In this document: positions 11,341 through 23,398 of the stretch, one piece after another
How the letters are laid out: each line of letters begins with the position of its first letter
Numbering within the stretch: the stretch's first letter is position 1
Origin: Chiloscyllium plagiosum
Taxonomy: Eukaryota
DNA length: 64,000 nucleotides
Direction: 5' to 3'
NCBI RefSeq assembly: GCF_004010195.1
Contig: NC_057720.1
Location: 21,755,696 to 21,819,695, forward strand
Notes under the pieces: generated by a model
Database searches by the model: none
Told to the model about the DNA's origin: nothing
The model's input: only the letters and a program-made list of their open reading frames with translations
Program-made: the position numbers and the translations under genes

Positions 11341-11844
11341 TGTAAGGTTCTTTATTTCCTTATTACAATTTACCCTCCTGCCTCTCTTGTTTTTTATTGT
11401 CGCGTCATTGTTTGAGATCGGACCTACAACAGTGGTGTCGTCAGCAAGCTTCTAAATAGTTTAGCGTTTTGCCGTCTTTATCAGATTCTATGCTTGCTTG
11501 TTTGGAATTGGCATCTTGAAAGCCAAGAATGCTGGTAAGAGGCATATGTGGTGTGGGAAAAGTACATTAAGAACTTGGCTGCTGAACTGGGTCTGTGGCT
11601 TGCATCGAGGGAACCAGTGATGGCAGAAAGTTATTGACGTCACCCTTACTGATTTTACCTGTAGAAGATGTATTGGTAGGACTGACTGCCACACCATTCT
11701 TGTAGAGATAAAGTCCTGCCTTCACCTCAAAGATAAACTAGCATGTTGAGTAGCACCACCAGTGTGCTGGTAGCTTTCAAACAGATCTAGCAACTCAACT
11801 GGTGAGCCATGAGATGTTGTATTCAAACACCTTCTGTGACTTGG

Positions 11845-12240
11845 TAAAAGTGAGGACTGCAGATGCTGGAAACCAGAGTTTAGCTCAGAGTGGTAGTGGA
11901 AAAGCTCAGCAGATCAGGCAGCATCCTAGGAGCAGGAAAATCGACGTTTCAGGCAAAAACCTCTAATCAGGAATAGAGGTAGGAAGCCTCGAGGGTGGAG
12001 AGAGANNNNNNNNNNNNNNNNNNNNNNNNNNNNNNNNNNNNNNNNNNNNNNNNNNNNNNNNNNNNNNNNNNNNNNNNNNNNNNNNNNNNNNNNNNNNNNN
12101 NNNNNNNNNNNNNNNNNNNNNNNNNNNNNNNNNNTCCACCCTGGAGGCTTCCTGCCTCTATTCCTGATGAAACATCGATTTTCCTGCTCCTTGGGTGCTG
12201 CCTGACCTGCTGTGCTTTTCCAGCACCACTCTGATCTAAC
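11845..12240. mobile_element. Inverted pair of PLE termini spanning an assembly gap
   Basis: Left arm ...CAGGAATAGAGGTAGGAAGCCTCGAGGGTGGA is the reverse complement of right arm TCCACCCTGGAGGCTTCCTGCCTCTATTCCTG... Confidence 0.75.
12006..12134. other. Assembly gap (129 N)
   Basis: Run of N. Confidence 1.
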
Positions 12241-13477
12241 CTCCTGTGACTTCATGACCTGGCATATCCCCACCTTTTGTGACTACCAAGTCAGGTAGTA
12301 GATGAACACTCTTCGAATAATGAGTCCAGGGCGGCAATATCATGAGCAACACCATGCAGATGTACAAGTGATATTAACTTTCTGGATCAAAATACTGGCA
12401 ATAGCTTGTTAACAGCACTGTGGTGCACCTGCACTGTGTTAGGCAGCAAGTTTACGAAGGTTACTTGCCAAAATCTTAAGGTCATTTTAAGGTGGGCAAT
12501 AAGTGTTGGCCTATCCAGTGTTACCACATCACTTGAGTGAATAAAGTTAGTTACGAAAATCTGTTTTTGTATGAATTTTCTCTTGATGGCAGCTACATCA
12601 TTTGCTAGCCGGTCCATCATTTGTAGGTCAAATTGCAGCTGAAAACTGCTACTTGCATTGTGAAATATTGTATATTGGTTGCCTCTCCCATATTTCTAAA
12701 CTATGGGATCTGGAAGAAGATGCCTATGTGCAAATGAATTCAGGAGTGGCTGCCTGTTTACTTCAGTGGTCTGCACAGTTGGCTTTGGACATTCGGTGCA
12801 CTGAGTGGACAGTTCTAGACTTGAATTAAACTGTACCAAAATTAAGTTGCTAGCTTTAGTGATTTACCAAATGGATGAATTTAATATGCAATACTCAACA
12901 TGTTATACTGTCTATTTGACTACTTTTAGAGCTTCAGTACCTCTTTAGTACATATGTAAAACATGAATTCACTTTCTTTACTAGTTTTCACAATGAAAAA
13001 TTAAATTTTGGTGTAAGATGTTTTGTGTGTGTATGTATATAGTTTAAAAATTTTTGTCTCATTTACAGCACTTTTTAGTCAAATATCCTTTGCTTAAATG
13101 CTTCATGTATTACGAGTTGCAGACAATGTGGTCTAACCTTTCTCATTGGTTCAGTGGTGGAGGTCCCTTTTGGATGAGATGTTGAAGGATGCTCATCTGA
13201 CACCTCAGTGGTACTATGAGACTATTAATCCTGATTATTAATCTCTAATATGTATTAGTCATCCCAACCCAATCTAGTCCCACCTGCCAGCGCACGGCCC
13301 ATATCCCTCCAAACCCTTCCTATTCATATACCCATCCAAATGCCTCTTAAATTCAGCATTTTGTCATTAGAAATCTTCGTTTGTATAATTACATATGACT
13401 TTTCAACTTTCCTAATCTTAGTAATTTGTATTGGTATTTTGCAAGTTTAGTCCTCTCTTTGACTTCAAGAGCATGGT

Positions 13478-13950
13478 TCTGGAAAAGTACAGCCGGTCAG
13501 GCAGCACCCAAGAAAGCAGGAGAATTGACATTTTGGGCGTAAGTCCTTCACCAGGATATGCCCGCTTTTGCCTGAAACGTCGATTCTGATGCTAGGTAAA
13601 AACAAGGACTGCAGATGCTGGAAACCAGAGTCTAGATTAGAGTGGTGCTGGAAAAGCACAGCAGGTCAGGCAGCATCCAAGGAGCAGGAAAATCAACGTT
13701 TTGGGCAAAAGCCCTTCATCAGGAATAGAGGCAGGGTGCTTGCAGAGTGGAGAGATAAATGAGGGTAGTGGGGAGAAAGTACCTTAGAGTACAATAGGTG
13801 AATGGGGGTGGGGATGGAGGTGATAGGTCAGAGAGGGTAATGGGGGAAGGTAGCAAAGGGTACCTTCTCTGCTGCCTGGACTGCTGTGCTTTCCCACCAT
13901 CACAGTTTTGACTCTGATCTCCAGCATCTGCAGTCCTCACTTTCTCCCAG
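13478..13950. mobile_element. Cluster of PLE terminal repeats, mostly minus strand, with an inverted end
   Basis: GGACTGCAGATGCTGG (13607) ... CCAGCATCTGCAGTCC (13921) inverted ends; decayed hammerhead motif at 13691-13726 (minus strand). Confidence 0.7.
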
Positions 13951-14987
13951 TCATCTTTTTTTCTTTCCCAGTTCGCATGTTTTTCAGTTTTTATACTTTT
14001 GATTTCCTTTTTTCTGTTTAGACTGACAAGAGACATTCTTGTTTACTTAGGCTGCAGAGTATTCCCACTCTGACAAACTCTTCTTTTTTTTCCAGAGCTC
14101 TTTATTTCAGATATCTAGTGCTCCATGATAGTGGTACAGTATTTAAGTTTTTGTTTCCATTTTTGAGGTAGTTCAACTGCAGAAATGTGACCGTTCTGTT
14201 AGAATTTACAAATGTAATCTGTTCAATAATTTTTTCTTGATTTATGGACTTAAAGCGGTATTAAGGTTGTTGGAGTGATGCATTGCAAATAAATTGAAAG
14301 CATGTGGACCAGTTTATTAATCCTGTAGTAGAATTCTGCTCACCTGTGCAGTGATGGTATTGTTACAAAATCATCTGTATTTATACTCCCAATTGGGATT
14401 TTAAAATAAAAACATGTTGTTTTTAATTGAATGTTTGTTTGCAGTTATTAATAGAACTGGTATGGTGTGATAGTAAAACTGCAAAGAGCTTATTGTTTAT
14501 ATATGGGCTATCTGGTTGCTGGACATGTGTTGGGCCGAAGGGTCTGTTTGTGTTGTACATCTCTATAGATTGTATTGATATGTTGAACTTGAGAATTAAC
14601 AACTCTTACTTGTCCCCTGAATTTCAATGTTGACTGGAGTGCTTCTGTTGACTTGTCAAGGATCAGGCAAGAATTCTGGCAATGTCCAGTATGCTTTTTT
14701 TTTGGCATTTAATTTCATGGTGCAATGGACTTATTGCCTCATTTTCAGTAATTCCTATGATCAAGTGGCATTCTAACTATTTTAGCCTTAGCCTTGCAGT
14801 TGTATCCTTCAGCAAGGTAATGTGCACCAGCAGGCAAAAGCAAACGTTGTAGATGCTGGTTATCTGAAACAAAACAATTTTGAAGAAGCTCAGCAAGTCT
14901 ATCAGCATCTGTGGAGAGGCAAACAGAATTCATGCTTCAAGTGTATCATGACTGTGTCTTTCAGAATTTCTTTTCAGCATTTTGTTT

Positions 14988-15278
14988 AGATTAGATTCCT
15001 TATAGTGTAGAAACAGGCCATTTGGTCCAACAAGTCTACACTGACCCTCCAAAGAGGGAAGTTGATCTGAGTGGGTTACTGTGACTGATGCACCTAATAC
15101 TATGAGCAATTTAGCACAGTCAATTCACCTGACCTGTGCATCTTTGGATTGTGGGAGGAAACCCACGCAAGACACTGGGAGAAAGTGCAAACTCCACACA
15201 GTTGTCCGAGGCTGGAATTGAATCCAAGTCCTGGTGCTGTGAGGCAACAATGCTAACCACTGAGCCACCATGCCGCCC
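14988..15278 (-). mobile_element. HE1-like tRNA-derived SINE
   Basis: Minus strand begins GGCGGCATGGTGGCTCAGTGGTTAGCA (A box), has a B-box-like segment and ends in an AATCTAATCT tail. Confidence 0.75.
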
Positions 15279-16419
15279 CTGGAAAAAGCCATATTGAACT
15301 TGAAACATTTAACTCTGTTTCACATCTGCACTGTTGCTGCCAGACCTCCTGAGTTTCTCCAGTTTTTGTTACTGATCATGGGCAATATAACTGAAAGAAT
15401 GGAAGAGAAAATTGGCCTAAAATAAAGACATTTAAGAACTAGAAGTTGTGCAATGCTGCTTTCATGTTTTATTATCAAACTATGTGATAGAGGTGTTGAA
15501 TGCTTGAGGCCCATATTCCATCCTAATAATTACAAAAGTTGCTGTTTAAAATCTAACTTTGGAGACATTGTGTACTTCAAACCTTACTAAGTTTGTCAAA
15601 ATAATTTTATCACTTTTTGTTTACCTATGTTTACCATAGTCTTGAGCTTTGCTAGTACTGTTAAATTTGTATAAGAAATTTGCCAGAACTTCAGACACTA
15701 GAAAATTGGCAGAATGGGAAGTGAACAGCCTGTGAAGTGCAAGAGGAAAATAAAACCATTTCTGTTCTTGATAAATTTTAGAAATTAATTTGATAATGTA
15801 AGACTTCAATATTTCAGTGACGACAGCCAGTTTGAAATAGTGTCAGTATTGAATTTATCTAAAAAAAAATTAATGCACTGCATCTTGATACTTTTTTTAT
15901 TACACATCTTTTTCGCCTTGGTTTTCATGCTTTAGGGTAATTCATTGGAAAAAGAAAATTTTAATTTGACTTGCAGGCCACGTGTTAGCTACAGCTTATC
16001 GAAGTCTGGTTGAAATAGTTTCACAAGTTCAATAACTAATGAAATTCCATTATATACTCTGCATTTTAAAACTTTTCTGTTTTCCCCTCTACTTTTCCTT
16101 TTTAAGAACTTTTATGATTCAGCAAGGGAATAAATGTAGCAGGGACCTAGTTACATATTTAAATCAACTTGTTCAGATGTTAATTGCCCACCTCTGGAAC
16201 AGGTGAGACTTGAACCCAGGCCTCCTAGCTCTGATGTAATGGTAGTGCCCATACAAGAGCTCTGATCGATTTTTATAGAAGAGTGCAAATCATGGATATT
16301 TACAGCTACATAAATACATTGTTTTTAGCTGAAAGCTTAAAGTATCTAGATAGTTTTACATAGGCACTAACAGTTATCACATATTTGTTTGAAGTGAATA
16401 CATTTTTAGTTACTCTGAT

Positions 16420-16750
16420 CATTTTAGATAGAAGTTTATAAAATCATGAGTGGCATGGATAGGATAAATACAGTCTTTTCCCAGGGGTGGGTGAGTCCAA
16501 AACTAGAAGGCATAGGTTTAGGGGGAAGATATAAAAGAGACCCGAGGAGCTACCTTTTCATGCAGAGGGTAGTATGTGTATGGAATGAGCTGCCGGAGGA
16601 AGTGGTGGAGGTTGGTACAATTGTGCCATTTAAAAGACATCAGGAGGGATATGGGCCAGGTACTGTCATGTGGGACTAGATTAGGTTGGAATATCTGGTC
16701 GGCATGGGCAAGTTGAATTGATAGGTCTGTTTCCATGCTGTACGTCTCTT
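16420..16750 (+). mobile_element. CR1/HER1-like LINE 3' end
   Basis: QRVVCVWNELPEEVVE C-terminal ORF2 motif plus the 3' UTR shared with other copies. Confidence 0.75.
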
Positions 16751-18168
16751 TGACATCAATAATATGTATTATCACCCAAAGCAGTTGATCGATCTCTTGA
16801 TTAATCTTTCCTGTGTATGCATCTAATTTGCCTAATGTTGTTACATTTGAATGTTGATTTTCTGAAAATTGCAAAGCCAGCACTGAGGGTTTCTCATGCT
16901 CAATTTGTAAGGTGTATTTTATTAAGACTATTTTGTAGTTTTAAAAGTTGAATTTCCCTCCTAGTTTAGTTTAAATGTTAAATTATGGAATAGTATATCT
17001 TTGGACATTTTCAGGACAGAATCTTCAAATAAACCTTTTTAAACTTTGAAATGTGTATTCAATTTGTGGGTACCTAAATTGACCAATTCACATTTTATTT
17101 GGATTTTACTACTACTTGTCACAATGTTAATTTGTTTCTGCAGCATTTCCATTTTGGCTCCTGTATTATCTTCATGAAAATAGTAATTTTTCTTTACTCC
17201 CTGTTTCCTTTTCCTGGTTCAAGCTATGCATGCTTATTTGTCCTCAGATTGTACAGCACAACCTTTTGAATTAACTTGTTGGTAGACCCATCAAATGATA
17301 TGCCAACCCTAATAATTTTTCAATACAGCTTCAGTTTTCCAATTTCAATATTTTGAATTGCAACCCAGTTGCAAAGCAAAATACTTCATAGTAATTATAT
17401 AGTTAAAGTTATGATGCAGCACTATCTGTAATTAAAGCTGAGTAACTGTTTTAAATAGATTTTATGATTTCTGTTTATTCCTCAATACCAAACCACAAGA
17501 CTGCATTTTCAATTGCAGTTTGACAAGATAAGTCTGTTCTTGGTACTGTTACTTTACAGTGGCATAACGTAAAATGAAGTGTCGGCCATTCATGGGGCTG
17601 TCATGGATACATATAAAGTTTGGCAGTAGTCTAATTGGTGAGAATTGACACAAACCTTTAGCTGACACAGACCATCTCCCGTCATATGTTCATGAATATG
17701 GTCAAAGTTTATTTTATTATGTATCCTTGTGATTTTTTTTTTAGAGCATTTATCTTCCCATCAAACTTGTTTTAGTTGAATATATTGGAGTAAGTGTCAG
17801 TTATGAAAGTCATAGTGCAGTTGGAAACATTTTAGACTAAATAGGAACATTTTAAATGCAGATTTCCAATCAAGTCGCAGACTTTTGTTTTAGAAGAGTT
17901 AGCTGTGCTCTTCTAGTTTTGGTCTCCTTGGGTTCCTAGTTTTAATTGCTCTATTATCAGTGTCCCCACCATCTGTTGCCAGGCCCAGCCAGGCCCAACA
18001 GCCGTACTTCCATTCTGATGCTGCTTATCTACTCATTTGCTTCCTGTTGAGTCACATCTTTAAAACCTACCCTTTCTCCCAATTGTCTGGTCATTTAACT
18101 CCTTGCGTGGCTCAGTTTTATTTTGTTTCATAATGTTTCTGTTAAACACCTTGCAATGTTTCATTATT

Positions 18169-19726
18169 AATTTTTGGCAAGATTTGTAATTCAGGTTGAT
18201 AAGTTATCTTGCTGAGCTTGAAGGTTTGTTTCAGATGTTTTGTCACCATACTAGGTAACATCAGAGAGAGTCTCTGAAGTGCTGGTGGTATGACCCGCCT
18301 CTCGATAGGTCTTGGTTGCTTAAGGTGGGTGGTGTCATTTCCAGTTCTGTTTTTTTTTCCAAGCACATTGGCTTAGATCCTATGTGTTTATTGATGGAAC
18401 TCTGGTTAGAATGCCATGCCTCTAAGAATTCTTGTACGTGTCCTTGTTTCGCCTGACCTAGGATGTGTTGTGCCAGTCAAAAAGGCGTCCTTCTTTTGTC
18501 TGTATGTATGGAAACTAGTGAGAGTGGATCGTGACTTTTGATGGTTAGTTGGTGTTCATGTATCCTGATGACAAGTTTCCGATGTAGTGTTTTTCTTTTT
18601 ACGATTCTTGAATGGTATCGTGTAAATAGTTTTGCTGGTGGTATCTATTGGATCCTTTAGGTTCATTTAGTCACTTTGTGTGTTGGTAGGCTTGTGGGCT
18701 ATCATGATGCCAAGGGGTCTAAGTAGACTGGAAGTCATTTCTGATATGTCTTTGATGTAAGATAATGTGGCTATGGCTTTTGGTTGCGTTGTCTGCTTGT
18801 TTAGGTTTGTTTGAGGAATTGGCAGATTTGTTTATTGGGTACCGGTTTTATTTTTGAAAACTTTGTATAGATATTTTAGTTCTTGGGTGCTGCAGTGTGA
18901 TGTAGCTCCTTTAAATGTCTTGATGCAGCTCAGTTTGTGGGTGGTGAGATGATGGCTTCTGAAGTTAAGTATTTGGTCCATGTGTTTTTCCGAAGCTGTC
19001 GGTTAACTATAAGTTCACTTGTCCCGTCTAGGAATGGAAGTCTGTTGTCGTTCATCACCTCTTGTGAATTTTATGCCTGTCAAGATATATTGTTGATGGT
19101 CTTGTATGTCTCTTGTAATTTGTTCCGTTTTGTGATGACATCACAATGACAACAGACTCCCGTTCCTTGCATCAAAGACATCAGAAATGACTTCCAGACT
19201 ACTCAGACCCCTTGGCATCATGGCAGCCCACAAACCTACCAACACACTGAAAGAATGACAGCTGAACCTAAAGGATCCAATAGATGATAACACCAGCAGA
19301 ACAAACATCATTTACAAAATGCCATGCAAGAGCTGTGTTTTTAAGAAAAAGTACATTGAGCAAACTACCAGGAAACTTGCCACCAGGATACATGAACACC
19401 AACTAACCACCAAAAGACAACTCACTACATGTACACAAAGAAGGACAACACACCCATCCGAGGACAGGCAAAACAAAGACACGCACGAGAATTCTTAGAG
19501 ACATGGCATTCTAACCAGAGCTCCACCAATAAACACATTGGCTTAGACCCTATCTACCTTCTCTTGGGGGAAAGAAAACGGAAATGACATCACCCACCTA
19601 AAGAAACAAAGACCTAGAAATAGAGAGAAGAGTCATACCACCAGTAATTCAACAGAGACTCACTGATGTTATCTAATAAAGTGACAAAACATCTGAAAAC
19701 AATCTTTTGAGCTCTGTGCTAACTTA
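18169..19726. mobile_element. Penelope-like element in inverted configuration (RT thumb + GIY-YIG remnants)
   Basis: About 18190-18790 is the imperfect reverse complement of about 19150-19725; NIIYKMPCK..YIEQT..LATRIHEH remnant; candidate TSD TTTCATTATT at 18159-18168 and 19727-19736. Confidence 0.75.
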
Positions 19727-20009
19727 TTTCATTATTTTAAGTGCTATATAAATATTATGATCTAATGTATTGAGCGTAGAGTAACTTTTACATACTTTGT
19801 GTGCATTTCTTGTAAACTGGATTAGTATCCTTGTCATCCATTCCTACTTCACCTATAGTCTGCATTTGGCCTTGAATCTTCAGGAGATGGATTAGTGTTT
19901 ATAAAATTTTTTTCATGAATAGAATTTATTCTTGAGGTGCCTATTTTTGTTTTTATAACTTTTTTAAAAAAAAATTTGTTCTGGCAATATTGCATTCACC
20001 TAGCAGGTG

Positions 20010-20810
20010 AAATTGAATTTATTGTCCTGTATGCCAAGGCACGTGAAAAGTTTTGTCTGGCGAGCAATACAGGCAGATCACATGGTTAAATTGCATAGCT
20101 AAGTAAATAATAGGTAAACAGTGGCAAAAACACAGGTACAGACACATGCTAAGAATTTGAGTCTACTTAGTATTCTAACAACAGTAGAGTGGAAACTGTT
20201 TCGAACTGGCTGGTGCTTGTGTTCAGTGTTCTGTACCACCTTCCCGATGGTAGTTGTAGAAAAGCATTGCCAGGGTGGGATGGACCTTTGAGAATGCTGG
20301 CAGCCTTTCCTTGACAGCGGGCCTGGAAGATGGATTCCATGGATGGGAGGTTGGCCTTTGTGATTGTCCAGGCTGTGTTCACCACTCTCTAACTGTCTCT
20401 GATATATCACTATCAAACCAGGTAGTGATATATCCAGACAGAATGCTCTCTGGCATACCTATAAAGGTTGGCAAAGGTATTCACTGTCAACTGCCTGAGG
20501 AAGAAGAGACATTGTTGGGCCTTTGTAACCAGTGCGTCCACGTGAAGAGTCCAAGAACGCTTGTGTTGGATGACCATTCCCAGGAGCTTGACACACTCCA
20601 CTCATTCCACTTCTGTGTTAATGTGTAGGGGAGCATGAGTAACATCCCACCGAACGTCATTAGTGAGTTCCTTGGTTTTGCTGGCATTGAGAGCTAGGTT
20701 GTCCTCAGTGCACCATTTTTCCAGGTCTTCCACCTCCCGTCTGTAGTCTTTCGTTGCCATCTGAGATTCAAATCAACTATAGTGGGGTCATCAGTGAACT
20801 TGTAAGTGCA
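20010..20810 (-). mobile_element. Rex1/Babar-clade LINE 3' fragment
   Basis: Minus-strand ORF remnants KAQQCLFFLRQL and KAASILKGPSHPGNAFLQLPSGRWYR, typical of the Rex1/Babar C-terminus. Confidence 0.7.
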
Positions 20811-21241
20811 TTTAGGAAGATGGAAGTTCGTAAGATTTGTGGGCTAGAAGTTTTTGGCATTAGTACTTAGCAAAATATTGACTTGTTGATTTTTAAACCT
20901 AGTTGGGAAAGTGGATGTAAGTACTTTTTTGTAGTTTTTTTTTCAAAGTCTGAAGTGTGATATCCCAGTTGACCTATTACTAGATGAGTCAGATCCCAGA
21001 TTAGAATTCTGGGTTTTTTAGGTTAGGTTTAACATGCGGTTTTTCACTGAAGCACAAACATGCAATGCTGCAGGTTTGGGATTTTAAATTTAAACCAGTT
21101 GCGCAAAAGATATAAAGCTAGAATAAACAAAATTATTCATGCTTAAAGATTTTGAAACATGGCTTTGATAACTCTTGTATTTTTACCAACAGTGTTACCT
21201 TGCATAAGAAGAGAAGTCCTCTCCTGTGTAGGGTTTGACTT

Positions 21242-21453
21242 AGTGAAAACAATAAATTCGGGAGATCACTGTGGGTCAGACAGCATCCATAGAGAGCAAG
21301 CTAATGTTTTGAATTTGACTTTTCATCAGAGCTCTGATGAATCATAGACTTGAAATGTTAGCTTGCGCTCTCCATGGATGCAGTCTGACCCATGGTGATC
21401 TCCAGCATTTGTTTTTCAGTACAGATTCCAGCATCTGCAGTAATTTGTTCCTA
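21242..21453. mobile_element. Small palindromic PLE-derived element with two back-to-back hammerhead cores
   Basis: Central perfect palindrome TTCATCAGAGCTCTGATGAA (21322-21341); imperfect arms about 21261-21403; TSD TGTAGGGTTTGACTT at 21227-21241 and 21454-21468. Confidence 0.75.
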
Positions 21454-21559
21454 TGTAGGGTTTGACTTTCTGACTTCAATTCTTGGTCATATTAATCTGG
21501 ATTTTTCTCACCTTCATGTAAACCCCTTCAGGGTTTTATCCAAACACACTTTCGGTCTG

Positions 21560-21922
21560 GAATTTAGAGGTTTATAAAATCAAGAGGGGCATGAATAGGG
21601 TAAATAGACAAGTATTTTTCCTGGAGTGGGGGAATCCAGAGCTAGAGGGTATAGGTTTAGGATAAGGAGAAAAATATAAAAGGGATCTCGGGAGCAACAT
21701 TTTCATTCAAAGGATGGTGCAAGCATGGAATGAGCTGCCAGAGGAAGTGGTGGAGGCTGGTACAATTAAACATGTAAAAGACATATGGATGGGTTTATGA
21801 ATAGGAAGGGTTTAGAGGGATATGGACCAAGTGCTGGCAAATGGAACTAGATTAGGATACCTGGATGGCATGGGCGAATTGGACCAAAACATCTGTTTCC
21901 GTGCTATAAATCTCTAGACTCT
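21560..21922 (+). mobile_element. CR1/HER1-like LINE 3' end
   Basis: Same TGGAATGAGCTGCCAGAGGAAGTGGTGGAGG motif and tail as 16420-16750. Confidence 0.75.
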
Positions 21923-23325
21923 GTTATGGCAGAGATCATGCGTAGAGCTCAACAGTATTTTATTACAGTAAATCCTGTTTGTGTCTTTGCCATTCACTAA
22001 TTTACTTCTCCACTCAAAACATTATGCACCATTTTATCTAACGTGGGTCCAGTGATTGCTTATGTGCGTTGATTTTAAGAATAAGTAATGGAAGAAAACT
22101 TGAGGAATAACTCTTAAAAATCCTTTTTTAAAAAAAGAAAAACAGAAGATAACTTTGATTCAGTATTTCCTGGCCTGGAAAGTACATGTTTCTGTTGTGG
22201 ATACCAGGTTACACATGGGCCTGTATCATTGTACTGATTGTTAATGCTGTAAACCTCAAGGTCAGTTTGAGAAATTTGATATTACACTTTTTCTCCAGTA
22301 AAACATTTTTTTATTTTTGAGATTTATCTTTGGAGTACTATACTTATCAAATTTCGGATGGTTGCAACTTATCCAAGTGACTCCAATTATAAAAATGTTT
22401 GCTGTTTGTCAGGGTTTCCAAGGATGTAACTGTTGCAAATGATGGGTCTACATGATAATTCATATTACTGTGATGTTGATGGATTTTGAGTTTTCTGCAT
22501 TGGGGTTTATCCACCAGTGAGACAAAATTGATGAAAGTGACCTTTTCCGAAACACAACCCACAAAATCTAAATAGGTGACTACCATGTAAGAAAAATAAC
22601 TACAAATTTAACCAATTTGTGTAGCATTAAGGCTTGAGTTATGTATTATGGATCACTTACTCATCTGAGCTTGGCTTCATATCTTTTTAACAAGTGTGCT
22701 TAAGTCATTCCAGGATAAAGCTGTTTGAATATTAAGTGACTTTTGTCTAATTTGCTAGGCTAGATTATTAATACTGATGAAAGCACAAACTTAATAAATA
22801 TAATCACCAGAATTGTATAAACTTGGAGGAAATATTGCAATTAAATCAGCAAACATGTTCAGAGGGCCGTTTTTATGGATTAAAGTGGCTGGTAACACTT
22901 TTTTTTTATTTAAACTTAATCATGCCATGTATTTCCAGTTAGTAACAAATTGCAATTTTTCTGTAAGCAAAAACTTTTTTTTTTATATAGTGAGAACAGT
23001 TAGTGATTTGTGAGCAAGGGACAGGTAGGCTCATTAAAATTATGCTGGGAAAAGAAAGTAAATCAGAACTTGTTGAATCATAACTCTTGAATAATGTAAA
23101 GAGCTGGTACAGTTGAATTTATTTTTGTCCCTCAATTGTATTTGGTTTGTTTTTTTGGCAACATTCTATAAAGTTTTGATGAAAGCTTTTACTTAATTAT
23201 ATTTGACAGCAATATGAGAAAGCACTTTTAATCATTGTGATTTCCAGAAACAAACAAACATCAGTGCACGAAAGTGTTCTGCATCACTGTATTGAAATGA
23301 TGGATTTTGTGTTTTCTCTTTGCAG

Positions 23326-23398
23326 CGGGGATCTGACGAACTTTCTGGCACCATTCTTAGCAGCTCAAACTCTGCCATGAGCAGTGTGGTTGTTACTG
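23326..23398 (+). CDS. PTBP2: PTBP2 exon 3 (73 nt, RGSDELSGTILSSSNSAMSSVVVT)
   Basis: TTTTCTCTTTGCAG acceptor, GTAGGT donor; KRGSDEL motif is formed across the exon 2/3 junction. Confidence 0.9.
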
